Below are positions 38,460 to 48,107 of a stretch of 64,000 nt of DNA, one piece after another. Each line of letters begins with the position of its first letter. Position 1 is the stretch's first letter. The notes beneath the pieces are model-generated. The model did no database searches, was not told the DNA's origin, and saw only the letters and a list, made by a program, of their open reading frames with translations. Source of the DNA: a virus (Duplodnaviria > Caudoviricetes); the IMG/VR virus record IMGVR_UViG_3300032314_000513, positions 20,380 through 84,379 of that record; one strand, 5' to 3'. A program made the position numbers and the translations under genes.

Positions 38460-39523
38460 AAATTTTGTTTTATTTCATTTAATACAGTTTGCATACTAAT
38501 TGATTTATGACATTCAAAATGTCTAGGCGTACCTTCATGCTCAGGACACCAAGTCCAATCTCCTTTATTAAACTTAAATACAGGATTATTCCAACAACTA
38601 TTGCAAACTTTATCATTAGTTATACGAATACAATTAGATTGAAATTCATGCTCTGAGTTAGTAAAGTTACTAATCATAACTGTCTTTTTTTGAATACCCC
38701 AATTTAACCAACTAATACCACTAGAAAGTCCTATAAACAAATCAGCATGATGTAAGTAATTCATAGCAACATCTAAAGATGTATCTTCTAGTTTTTCAGC
38801 CCCCACATCATCAGCTTCTTTTGATAGTTCAATTACTCTATAACCCATATTTTTCAATTCCTGTATTAATTCAGGCCAATAGTACCAATGTTTACATTGA
38901 GCAGTAGAACGAGTAGATATACATATATATTTATCTATTGGCTTTTCGGATGGCGTAAAAGCTATTCTAGGTTGTATTTCTTTATAATCTAATGCTAATA
39001 TATTACTAGCAGATTGTTGTAAAGGAACTGTTGCAGGATGAAAAGGTTCTTTATCTTTATCCCAAAACCAACCAAGTTCTACTTGAGCAACTATATTATT
39101 AACCACAACTCCTCTTCCAACAAACTCAAGTTCAGGGTAAACTGATTGAAATAGCTCATTTCTAAAAGAAGATACTATTACATGGCATTTGTATTTTTCT
39201 TGAAAATCTAAGCAATATGGAATCCACGCAATACTATCACCTAAACTTTTAGACTCAAATACAATAAATACTCTTTTGCCTACTATCTCATCTAGTAGGT
39301 TAATTTGTTTTACTACACGACCTTGATAAGTCAATATAATAGATAAATCAGATAGATATTTTCTATTAAGTTTAATCCAAGATTGTGGCTTTATTTTTGT
39401 TTCATAAATGCCTACATTAAATCTTTTGTCTATGACAGTAACATCATATTCTCTATTTTTACCTTCATCATTTAAAAGCTCAAAATGTAAACCATTTACA
39501 TGAGATATTTTGTATTGTATCAT
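38456..39523 (-). CDS. TibC/Aah-like protein O-glycosyl(heptosyl)transferase
   Basis: FESKSLGDSIAW, FIGLSSGISW, CNSCWN...CPEH...EC. Confidence 0.75.
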   Translation of the reverse strand: MIQYKISHVNGLHFELLNDEGKNREYDVTVIDKRFNVGIYETKIKPQSWIKLNRKYLSDLSIILTYQGRVVKQINLLDEIVGKRVFIVFESKSLGDSIAWIPYCLDFQEKYKCHVIVSSFRNELFQSVYPELEFVGRGVVVNNIVAQVELGWFWDKDKEPFHPATVPLQQSASNILALDYKEIQPRIAFTPSEKPIDKYICISTRSTAQCKHWYYWPELIQELKNMGYRVIELSKEADDVGAEKLEDTSLDVAMNYLHHADLFIGLSSGISWLNWGIQKKTVMISNFTNSEHEFQSNCIRITNDKVCNSCWNNPVFKFNKGDWTWCPEHEGTPRHFECHKSISMQTVLNEIKQNL

Positions 39524-40104
39524 CTTTCAGTATTTAAAAAAAATGTTTGAAATAATCTTCCATCGGAAATATTTCTTCCAAAATAGTCTAATGAGACATG
39601 GAATAAATCACCCCTATATAATATAAGCCTATTGTAAATATTACCTATTCTATCTACCATTTCCCATTTAGTATAATCAACTTGGTCTCTTGTATGTGGT
39701 CCACCTGTTAAATTTTCTTCTTCGCTATATTCTGAATGAATCCAACCTCTTAGTCCTGTTTTTTTGTGTCTATAAATACCTGTTCCTGCAGAAAGTGGTG
39801 CATCAGGAGTTAAATAAATAACACCTGCCCATGAAGTAGTTCCATCAGTATGAATCCATGACCTATCGGCTGATGTTGTGTATTGAAAACATCCTGAATC
39901 TTTACCTCCCCACCAAGTTACTTCTCCGCAAAGTGGTCTAATTATATCTTGTATTAAATCTTTAACTCCATCGTTTAGAAAAGGTTTAGTTCTTCTACCG
40001 GGAAAATGTCCTGCATCTTCATAATATTCTTGTTCCATAGCAAACTTTCTTACTTCATCTACATTACTATAAAAATCAGCTATTGATATTACTTCTAGTC
40101 TCAT
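39520..40104 (-). CDS. DUF6445-like 2OG-Fe(II) oxygenase
   Basis: ADFYSN, WIHTD, NRLILYRGDLFH. Confidence 0.75.
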   Translation of the reverse strand: MRLEVISIADFYSNVDEVRKFAMEQEYYEDAGHFPGRRTKPFLNDGVKDLIQDIIRPLCGEVTWWGGKDSGCFQYTTSADRSWIHTDGTTSWAGVIYLTPDAPLSAGTGIYRHKKTGLRGWIHSEYSEEENLTGGPHTRDQVDYTKWEMVDRIGNIYNRLILYRGDLFHVSLDYFGRNISDGRLFQTFFLNTER

Positions 40105-40107
40105 ATT

Positions 40108-41127
40108 TTAAATATTTTGATATAAATTAATGTATTTGTTTCTTATTGTATTTGAATCAAAGTTTTGGAATTGTTTTACAGCGTTATATTTCTTTTCTAA
40201 ATTTTTACATACATTTAACCAATCGTAAGATTCTCTTTTTATTGACATTTCTACAACTAAAATATCATATCTGCTAGATACAAAATTTATACCTTTAATA
40301 ACTTCTTCAGTATTTAATTCATTCATAACATACATTCCCTCAATTTTATTAGTTCCTTTATATGTACCAACAATTGGAAGGCAGCAACTTGCAGCTTCTA
40401 ATAATGTTAAATTAGGATGTCCAAACTCTAAATTAGAAGGATGTAAGAATATTGTATGGTCTTGAAATATCTTTAACTTTTCTGCTTCAGTTGGGTTTGA
40501 GTCTATAATAGTCAATTTATCATAATCTAATAAGTCTTTATGAATCTCAAAAAACTTAGTATTTGCATCTGCTCCAACAATAGTTATAGGTAAATTTAAT
40601 GATTTTGCAGCCTCAATACCATATCTAAAACCTTTCCTATCTGCACCATAATCACCTGCAACTCCATTATTAGCACACATAAGTAGCTTATGGTTACTAT
40701 AATCAAAATTAGGTGTATAGTAGCTAGTATCTACTCCATGAGATAGATAAAATAACTTATCTGTATCATCAAAATAATCCACAACATATTCTGCAGGAGC
40801 TAAAGAGAATATAGATTTCTTCATTGCTTCTAATTGTTCTCTATAATTACTACTATTTTTACCATAATGATAGCTATGGTGGTCATGAGTTGAATAAACA
40901 TACTCAATACCTCTTTTATGAGCTTCAATACAAAGGTTTGCTACATGAATATGAACTATATCATATATTTTAGGGTCTACATTGTTTAAATATAATAAGT
41001 CTAATTCATGTCCTAGTTTTTTAAGGTTTTTAGTATACTCATCCATGATTAATTCAGTTGCTCCCCATCCCCTTTGTCCTGTTGGTAAAATAGGTAAATT
41101 ACTACTTATAACTTGTGCTATTCTCAT
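40108..41127 (-). CDS. GT4-like glycosyltransferase
   Basis: WGATE, LSHGVDT, FLHPSNLEFGHPNLTLLEAAS. Confidence 0.85.
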   Translation of the reverse strand: MRIAQVISSNLPILPTGQRGWGATELIMDEYTKNLKKLGHELDLLYLNNVDPKIYDIVHIHVANLCIEAHKRGIEYVYSTHDHHSYHYGKNSSNYREQLEAMKKSIFSLAPAEYVVDYFDDTDKLFYLSHGVDTSYYTPNFDYSNHKLLMCANNGVAGDYGADRKGFRYGIEAAKSLNLPITIVGADANTKFFEIHKDLLDYDKLTIIDSNPTEAEKLKIFQDHTIFLHPSNLEFGHPNLTLLEAASCCLPIVGTYKGTNKIEGMYVMNELNTEEVIKGINFVSSRYDILVVEMSIKRESYDWLNVCKNLEKKYNAVKQFQNFDSNTIRNKYINLYQNI

Positions 41128-43829
41128 ATAAATTTCTTTTCTTGTTTGTCAATTAATGAAAATCCTTCAGCTTGAGTCGTTAATCTATTGTGAACTATTC
41201 CAAATTTGTATGGACTACCATAGAAAACATGATTAAAGTACATATCTGCGGCATCCCACTTCTCTGTTCTTAGTCTTTCAAATAACCATTTTTTAACACT
41301 TTTAGGAAACCCAATACATTGAAGTCCAATTATATGGTCTGTAACAAATAATAAATCTTGGTCAGGTATTACCTGCTTTACAGGTGATTGTAACCATCCA
41401 TGCTCTAATGTTTTTACATCTCCAAAAGACATATAACCAATTTTATTGTCTTCTATAATTTGATAAGACCTTTCGACCTTATTTACAAATTCATGTATAG
41501 GCACTTCTATTATGCAATCCCCTTCACATACTATTAAAAAGTCAATATTATCATCAAACTCACTCATTATCCCATTTTTGAAGGATTCAAAACATCCATA
41601 ATGTGATGGGGTGAGGGCTGTTCCCAATTCTTTAACTTGCTGCTCATTGAAGAGTTCCATTGATACACAATTGGGTCTTTGACAATTGTACTTAGGTGGC
41701 AAATCTGCATAAGGGGTATTGGTGTGTATGATATATTCCCACCCATAGTTGGCCACATGCTTGAGTGATTCTCTACTTTTTTGTTCTCTTTCATCATTTC
41801 TAGTTGTTTGTAAGTGTACTAATCTAATTTTAGGTTTTCTGTTTTTAATCTTATAATGACCTGTATTTTGATATTTATGAAGAGTTTTATCATTTAAAAT
41901 ATACTTTTCATTTTTATATATTCTATCTCCATCATAAAAGTCAAGCTCTATTTCAATTTCACGATTTTTGTATTCAAATTCTTTTTTAAATTCTTTTGTT
42001 TTATCAATTTGCCATCTAAATATGAAAAAATCTTGTCCTCCTTCACGCATAGTAATATTTATCTTTCTATCATCTACATTATAGGTATAGAAATAAAACA
42101 TATAAGTATTAGGCTTATTTACTACAGGTATTATTGAATAATATTCAGAATTAGATGCCACACCTAGGCCGCTATGCTTTAATAGAGTTTCTTCTTGATT
42201 ATGTTCAATAATATAATCGTTTTCTAAACCCTTCAGTTTTTTAACTAAATAATCTTCAAGAAAGTTTTGAGCACCAATATTTTGACAAATATTATTATAT
42301 TCCTCTGCAATTCTTACATCATCAAAAGTATTTAAAAAGAAGTCTACTTCAAAAGCCATACCATTTGTCTGTATACCTTTACCAAAAGGGGTATTTAAAC
42401 TTGCTAAATAGGCTTTTGGAAGATATGGATTTGTTTTGTCTCCAATATCAAATGCCTTTTCAACTTGTGGTATATCTCTAGGGTCCAATACTACATCATA
42501 AGTAGTATAAAAGAAAGCTTCATATCCTAATGATTTTGCGGCCTTAGCACCATTAAATAAATTAGTAAGTACAGTCAATGATTGGTTGCTATTTTTTAAA
42601 CCATTAATATTAATTTCAGCATGGTAATCATCTGTATATCTATAAAACCTAGTATAATATGAATGATGTGTCAATGGGTTATGCTCATCATAAATATAAT
42701 AATCTACCATTTTTTGAATATCATCATCAACAGGATAATGAGACAAAAGCATAATTTTTCTACCCAATGGCTTTAAGCTATTGATAGTATCTTTTGTTAA
42801 TTGTTTTCTACTTTCTAAATTAGGCCAAGTACCTACAATTATTAATTCTCTTTTATTGTTAGTTGGTTTTGCTTGTGTCAATTGTAATACTTTTTCAGCA
42901 TCCTCAGTAAGATTGCCTGTTAAATAATGAAAGTCTTCGTACCCATTCCACCTATTCAAATAAACATCTAGGTTATATATTAGCTTGGGTATTTGCTTAT
43001 ATTCTGCAGCCTCTTTAATTACAATAGGGTTTAATTCCTTATTGCCTCTATCTCCTTTAGATGGGAAGAAGAAAAGGTCAGCAGCTTTGATAAAGTCTTC
43101 TGTATCGCCTCTTTCACCCCAAATAATGCAATTTTCAGGCTTATTGTCCATCAATGGTTTCCAATAGCTTTCAAAATTACCTGCTTGATTGCCTAAGAAG
43201 TGGAATTTAATTTTATAATCTTTAAGCTTTTCTCCCATCTCAAATCCATATTTCTGATTCTTTCTAGGAGTAAATAAACCAATAATTACTGCATGTTTAT
43301 AATCATGCTCAAGTCCTAATTTATCTCTTGCTATTCTTTTATCTGAAGTTTTGGCATCTATTGGGTATTCAATAATCTCTTGATGTACATTTAAGTGGTC
43401 GTATTTCATCATATTATATGGACTAACAAATACAAACTTATCAGGCATCCATTTTTTGTTTCTTGGATTAAAGCTGCTATCATGTGTTGTTTCTACTATT
43501 TTCCAAGTTTTTGATTCAGAATATAAAAAACTTGACATTTTATCATCCATAAACATCTCAGGGAACTCTTCCATAGATACCACATCAGGATTGAACTGTT
43601 GCATTATTTCTACAAGTTCATTATATTTATCTTCTCCTAAAGAATGAAAGTTTTGTTCTCCTACTAAATTAATAATTCTATTCCTTTGAACAACAAAAGC
43701 CCAAGCTAAAAAAGCATGTTCAATGACTTTAATTTCAAAATCATTTTTTATTAATTCAATTTTGTTAACAGTTACCTGTGGAGCACCTCCTGTGGATAAA
43801 TGTGGGGTGATAATTAGTAATTTCTTCAT
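41124..43829 (-). CDS. Multidomain glycosyltransferase (GT-B, GT-A-like, GT25-like)
   Basis: LSTGGAPQ...ELNPIVIKEA; SHYP...YDVV; HYGCFES...EGDC. Confidence 0.75.
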   Translation of the reverse strand: MKKLLIITPHLSTGGAPQVTVNKIELIKNDFEIKVIEHAFLAWAFVVQRNRIINLVGEQNFHSLGEDKYNELVEIMQQFNPDVVSMEEFPEMFMDDKMSSFLYSESKTWKIVETTHDSSFNPRNKKWMPDKFVFVSPYNMMKYDHLNVHQEIIEYPIDAKTSDKRIARDKLGLEHDYKHAVIIGLFTPRKNQKYGFEMGEKLKDYKIKFHFLGNQAGNFESYWKPLMDNKPENCIIWGERGDTEDFIKAADLFFFPSKGDRGNKELNPIVIKEAAEYKQIPKLIYNLDVYLNRWNGYEDFHYLTGNLTEDAEKVLQLTQAKPTNNKRELIIVGTWPNLESRKQLTKDTINSLKPLGRKIMLLSHYPVDDDIQKMVDYYIYDEHNPLTHHSYYTRFYRYTDDYHAEININGLKNSNQSLTVLTNLFNGAKAAKSLGYEAFFYTTYDVVLDPRDIPQVEKAFDIGDKTNPYLPKAYLASLNTPFGKGIQTNGMAFEVDFFLNTFDDVRIAEEYNNICQNIGAQNFLEDYLVKKLKGLENDYIIEHNQEETLLKHSGLGVASNSEYYSIIPVVNKPNTYMFYFYTYNVDDRKINITMREGGQDFFIFRWQIDKTKEFKKEFEYKNREIEIELDFYDGDRIYKNEKYILNDKTLHKYQNTGHYKIKNRKPKIRLVHLQTTRNDEREQKSRESLKHVANYGWEYIIHTNTPYADLPPKYNCQRPNCVSMELFNEQQVKELGTALTPSHYGCFESFKNGIMSEFDDNIDFLIVCEGDCIIEVPIHEFVNKVERSYQIIEDNKIGYMSFGDVKTLEHGWLQSPVKQVIPDQDLLFVTDHIIGLQCIGFPKSVKKWLFERLRTEKWDAADMYFNHVFYGSPYKFGIVHNRLTTQAEGFSLIDKQEKKFI

Positions 43830-44788
43830 AGTTCATTTTTAATTGCAGTAATAACTTGTTCTATAGATGGATGACATTCGTAGGTTTCTTTCTTCTCTAA
43901 ACAACCTATTAAAGGTTGTACATAATCGATTGTAGGCCAATATTCAAGAGCATATTTCATATTAGATGAACAATGTAAACCACATCCGCCTTTAATATAT
44001 GTATGATTAAATCCTTGTTTTCCTTCTCGATAAGGTGTTCTAAATTCAGGATTGATTGCCGAACCAAGCTCAAATATATGTGTCTTAGTTGTACCTGCTA
44101 AATGTAGAATACCACTATCCATTGTGATAACAGCTTTGGCATTGTTTATTATATACCAAGTTTGTGATATAGAAGTTTGATTCATTAAATTAATAATATT
44201 ATCATTCATTTTATGTACAGGTTTTTGTACATTAAAGAATCCTGTTTCAGAACTATCTTTACCTACTGCTACAACCATATAACCCATTGATATTAAATGT
44301 TCAGATAATTTTATCCAATTTTCTTCTGACCAAGTTCTATTAGGCCAACTGTTAACAGGGTGTATAACAACATATCTTTTATTACCTGATGTACTTTTGT
44401 CACTAAGTCCAAGTTTACAATCATCTTCTTCTGTTGGTTTATAAAAGCACTCCATTTCATCTTGTTTAAGCATAAATCCTAAATGAATAGCATGAAATTG
44501 TCTAATATCCATCATATTATGCTTCATCTCTACACCTCTTTCATCTTTTTTTCCAACTAGATAAAACGAGTTGTGCATTATATAATTTTTGTTAAAATAT
44601 TCTTTATCTATAGATGAAGCTTTATAGCTTTTTTCTACATAAGGATTCATTTTAAATATCTCAGGCATATTTGAGATAACAATTATTTTTCTTTGATATG
44701 CTTCATAAAGCTTTTTGATAGTAGGAGTAGCACATATCAAATCTCCCATACCATTACACTCTTCTAAGTTTAAACAAACTGTTTTCAT
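43826..44788 (-). CDS. GT9-like glycosyltransferase
   Basis: GMGDLICATP, NRTW, MDSGILHLAG, Cys-rich tail. Confidence 0.85.
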   Translation of the reverse strand: MKTVCLNLEECNGMGDLICATPTIKKLYEAYQRKIIVISNMPEIFKMNPYVEKSYKASSIDKEYFNKNYIMHNSFYLVGKKDERGVEMKHNMMDIRQFHAIHLGFMLKQDEMECFYKPTEEDDCKLGLSDKSTSGNKRYVVIHPVNSWPNRTWSEENWIKLSEHLISMGYMVVAVGKDSSETGFFNVQKPVHKMNDNIINLMNQTSISQTWYIINNAKAVITMDSGILHLAGTTKTHIFELGSAINPEFRTPYREGKQGFNHTYIKGGCGLHCSSNMKYALEYWPTIDYVQPLIGCLEKKETYECHPSIEQVITAIKNEL

Positions 44789-45273
44789 TAATTTTTATCT
44801 TTTAAAATTAAATTTGTAGTAATTACCCACCTATCTTCTGTTGAATTATTCACTTGTGTTTTATGTTGAAGTCCACCGGGAAAAATTATTACATCACCAT
44901 TTATAGTAGGTAATGGTTTCCAATTTGAATTTTCTTTATATTCAAAGTACCCACTATTGTCAGGAATCCTTAAATAAGCTGCTGCTACCATATCTACATT
45001 AGGATGATTATGCTCTATAGTATACCCACCTTTGTTTTGTACATTAATCCAACTATTACCAATAAAAAATCTATCACCAATTTTTTTACTTAACCAAGTA
45101 TAAAATGGCTTAAACTCTTCCATGTTATGAGGAGAAAGTTCGTTTAAATAAGATGTTTTACCATTTCTAACTAAGTTCATTTCTGCTTTTTCTATATTAA
45201 TTAATTCATCACATATTGGATTTAATTTCGCCCAATCAAATTCAAAATGTAATTTATAAATTCTTGTTATCAT
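44788..45273 (-). CDS. 2OG-Fe(II) oxygenase
   Basis: EHNHPN, IFPGGLQH. Confidence 0.8.
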   Translation of the reverse strand: MITRIYKLHFEFDWAKLNPICDELINIEKAEMNLVRNGKTSYLNELSPHNMEEFKPFYTWLSKKIGDRFFIGNSWINVQNKGGYTIEHNHPNVDMVAAAYLRIPDNSGYFEYKENSNWKPLPTINGDVIIFPGGLQHKTQVNNSTEDRWVITTNLILKDKN

Positions 45274-45892
45274 TTTTTTCAGGAATTAAAAAATATTCAT
45301 TGTTAAATATTTGGTCATAAGAACTTGTTATAACCCATCGTTCTTGTCCTGATTTATTTTGTTGTGTCCTGTGTTTAAGCCAACCGGGAAAGATTAAAAC
45401 ATCTCCACTTATTGTTGGTATTTCTTTCCAAGCCCAACTTGGGTCGTTACGATAGTAAAATGATTTTAAATCTTCTAAAGGGTCTTTAGCTTCAAAATAA
45501 CCACTGTTTTCAGGTATGTTTAGATAAGTAGAAGCTACTAAAAAAGTATTTGGATGCTTATGGCCAAGAGTTTGACCTTCATCGTAAGTAACATTCATCC
45601 AACTATTAGTTAAAACATAATCATGGAAATCACTAAAATAACCCATTCCTTTGGTAGCTACTTCATTAATCATCATTTGTAGCCATTCATAAAAATCTTT
45701 AAATTCATCAAGCATGTGTGGTTGCATAGCGTTTTGATGAGAAGAACCACCTTTAGTTACCAAAGCAAAATCTGAAGGAGCAGAATGTAGTAATTCTTGA
45801 CATTTTGGCTTAATCTTTTCCCAATCAAAATTGTAATGAGCTTTAAATATATAAGAACTGTAAGGATTAATTATATCAATTCTATTTTCCAT
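45254..45892 (-). CDS. 2OG-Fe(II) oxygenase
   Basis: GHKHPN, IFPGWLKH. Confidence 0.8.
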   Translation of the reverse strand: MENRIDIINPYSSYIFKAHYNFDWEKIKPKCQELLHSAPSDFALVTKGGSSHQNAMQPHMLDEFKDFYEWLQMMINEVATKGMGYFSDFHDYVLTNSWMNVTYDEGQTLGHKHPNTFLVASTYLNIPENSGYFEAKDPLEDLKSFYYRNDPSWAWKEIPTISGDVLIFPGWLKHRTQQNKSGQERWVITSSYDQIFNNEYFLIPEKNDNKNL

Positions 45893-45937
45893 GGTTATTT
45901 TTATTTTATAAAATTAATGTATTTTCTACATATTTTG

Positions 45938-45947
45938 TATATTTACA
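45938..45947 (+). promoter_or_regulatory. Putative -7 box TATATTTACA in the divergent intergenic region
   Basis: Between 45892 (minus) and 45963 (plus). Confidence 0.6.
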
Positions 45948-45962
45948 ATCTAAAATATTTTT

Positions 45963-46340
45963 ATGATAATTGAAATTAGCATCGGAGAAGCATTTGACAG
46001 ACTTACTATCCTCAAAATTAAATCAGAAAAGATTAAAGATGAGGCCAAATTGACGAATGTCATGAAGGAGTACTTCTATTTACAAAACCTTTTAAATGAA
46101 GAATTGGAGGTAGATGAGGATAATGAAGATTTCAAAAGACTATTAGAAATCAATGAGACTTTGTGGAATGTTGAAGATTTGTTAAGAGAATATGAAGCCA
46201 AAAAAGATTTTGGGTCTAATTTTGTTCAATTGGCTAGGTCTGTGTATGTATTGAACGATGATAGAGCAAGAGTTAAAAAAGAGATAAATTTAGCCTATGG
46301 TAGTCAATTTGTCGAGGAAAAATCTTATAACCAATTATAA
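45963..46340 (+). CDS. DUF6165-like protein
   Basis: ISIGEAFDRLTILKIK...LWNVED...ARSVY..ND.R..VK..IN...EEKSY. Confidence 0.75.
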   Translation: MIIEISIGEAFDRLTILKIKSEKIKDEAKLTNVMKEYFYLQNLLNEELEVDEDNEDFKRLLEINETLWNVEDLLREYEAKKDFGSNFVQLARSVYVLNDDRARVKKEINLAYGSQFVEEKSYNQL

Positions 46341-46346
46341 ATCAAT

Positions 46347-46802
46347 ATGATAGTAGTTTTTTATGGCCAACCTAGTTCAGGAAAGACTACTTTGGCTAAA
46401 TTGCTTCAAAAAACATTTTTCTTAAAGAATCTACCAACCCCTGTTATTATAGATGGGGATGAAATTCGTGATATTTTTAGATGTAAAGACTTTTCAAAAG
46501 AAGGAAGATTAAATAACCTTAGAAGGATTAGCGATATAGCTACTTTTTTAGAAAGTAAGTATAACTTAGTGATAATCAGTGCTGTATATCCTTATCAGGA
46601 AGCAAGATTCTATTTAGATAGCATGTGTAAAAATGCACTTTGGGTTTATTTATATTATGATGGACTTAGAGAAAGACAAGATTTTCATGTTAAAGATTTT
46701 GACCTTCCTTATCTTGAAGGGAAAAACAATTGTTCTATAAACACTTCTGATATTACACCTGAATTATGTATTGATAAAATACTAGATTATATGTCTTTAT
46801 AA
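46347..46802 (+). CDS. cysC: Short adenylyl-sulfate (APS) kinase-like protein
   Basis: GQPSSGKTT, DGDEIR, FSKEGRLNNLRRI. Confidence 0.75.
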   Translation: MIVVFYGQPSSGKTTLAKLLQKTFFLKNLPTPVIIDGDEIRDIFRCKDFSKEGRLNNLRRISDIATFLESKYNLVIISAVYPYQEARFYLDSMCKNALWVYLYYDGLRERQDFHVKDFDLPYLEGKNNCSINTSDITPELCIDKILDYMSL

Positions 46803-46880
46803 GTAATCATTAAATATTACTTAATTTTTAGTATATAAATGTAAAATTGTACTATTTTTATACTAAATTTTAATGGTTAT

Positions 46881-47177
46881 ATGGCAACAGCAAAAACTAC
46901 AGCAAAAAAAATTGATACACATGATGAATTATCATCAAGAGTAAATCACATAGAGAGGACAATTTTAAAAATTAGTCCTCAAATTGATGAAATTTATAAA
47001 GTAATAGTTGGTAATGAAGCTTTTCAACAAGAAGGCCTTATTTCAAGAGTTAAAAAATTAGAAGACCAAAACGAAAAGACTAATGCTTTAAGAAATAAAT
47101 TAATGGGAGCATTTGTGGTAGGTGGTGCAGTTTGGACAATTTTATGGGAAGTAATAAAAAATAGCTTTTTTAAATGA
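46881..47177 (+). CDS. Coiled-coil protein with C-terminal TM
   Basis: EGLISRVKKLE; GAFVVGGAVWTILW. Confidence 0.7.
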   Translation: MATAKTTAKKIDTHDELSSRVNHIERTILKISPQIDEIYKVIVGNEAFQQEGLISRVKKLEDQNEKTNALRNKLMGAFVVGGAVWTILWEVIKNSFFK

Positions 47178-47605
47178 TACCAAAAGGAGACCCTACAGCT
47201 ATAAATCCTATTCAAAAAATGTTCTCTAAGGGGGACTTAAAAAAAATAGGTACTGCAGATGCAATAGGACAGATTGTTGAATTAGCCTCTTCTGTAGCAG
47301 GTGGTGTAGCAGCTATAAATGATGCTAAAAAAGCTCAACAGTTTCAAAACTATTTGTCTAATCTTAGCGATGACCAACAACAAGCTTTGATTAATTCAAT
47401 AGATAAGGCTAAAACAGAGGAAGAGACATATAGAATTATTGCTGCTGTTATACAAAATGCTCAAGCAAAAAGGGTTGAAAATCTTGCAGGTGTATTAGTA
47501 CAACAAGAGCAGATAAATAGGAAAATTAGAATAGAAAAGATAGTTATTATGTCTTTATTAGGTGTATTAGCTATTGCTTTAATCTATTCAAGAAAAAAAG
47601 ATTAA
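47174..47605 (+). CDS. C-anchored helical membrane protein
   Basis: Paralogue of 48108; C-terminal TM. Confidence 0.7.
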   Translation: MIPKGDPTAINPIQKMFSKGDLKKIGTADAIGQIVELASSVAGGVAAINDAKKAQQFQNYLSNLSDDQQQALINSIDKAKTEEETYRIIAAVIQNAQAKRVENLAGVLVQQEQINRKIRIEKIVIMSLLGVLAIALIYSRKKD

Positions 47606-48105
47606 TGCAAAACGAAACCATAAAAAGAGAAAACGATAAAAGGATTGATGAGTTGGAGGCTGCTATAGTTGATAATTTAGAATTGGTTGAATGTCCTGTT
47701 GTGCACAGATTCACAGATGGATTGTACATTAGGGAAATATTCATGCCAAAAGATTCATTATTAACTAGTAAGATTCATAATACTAATCATCCATATACTA
47801 TCTCAAAAGGGATAGCGATGGTACAAATTGATGCAGGAGAATGGATTGAGTTGGCTGCTCCTTATACAGGTATAACTGTAGCAGGAACAAGAAGGGTTTT
47901 ATATATTGTTGAAGATTGTATTTGGACAACATATCATCCATTAGGAGATATGAAATTGTCTTATAATGATTTAACTGAAGAGGAAAAACAAAATATAGTA
48001 GATGAAATTGAAAATGAAATAATAGAACCGCATCAAAATTATATTACAGGAACTAATATTCATTTAGATTATAAACAAAAGATTGATAAAAATAAAATTG
48101 ATTAA
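47605..48105 (+). CDS. Cupin-fold phage protein
   Basis: HRFTDGLYIREIFMP, SKIH, GTRR, WTTYH. Confidence 0.7.
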   Translation: MQNETIKRENDKRIDELEAAIVDNLELVECPVVHRFTDGLYIREIFMPKDSLLTSKIHNTNHPYTISKGIAMVQIDAGEWIELAAPYTGITVAGTRRVLYIVEDCIWTTYHPLGDMKLSYNDLTEEEKQNIVDEIENEIIEPHQNYITGTNIHLDYKQKIDKNKID

Positions 48106-48107
48106 TT

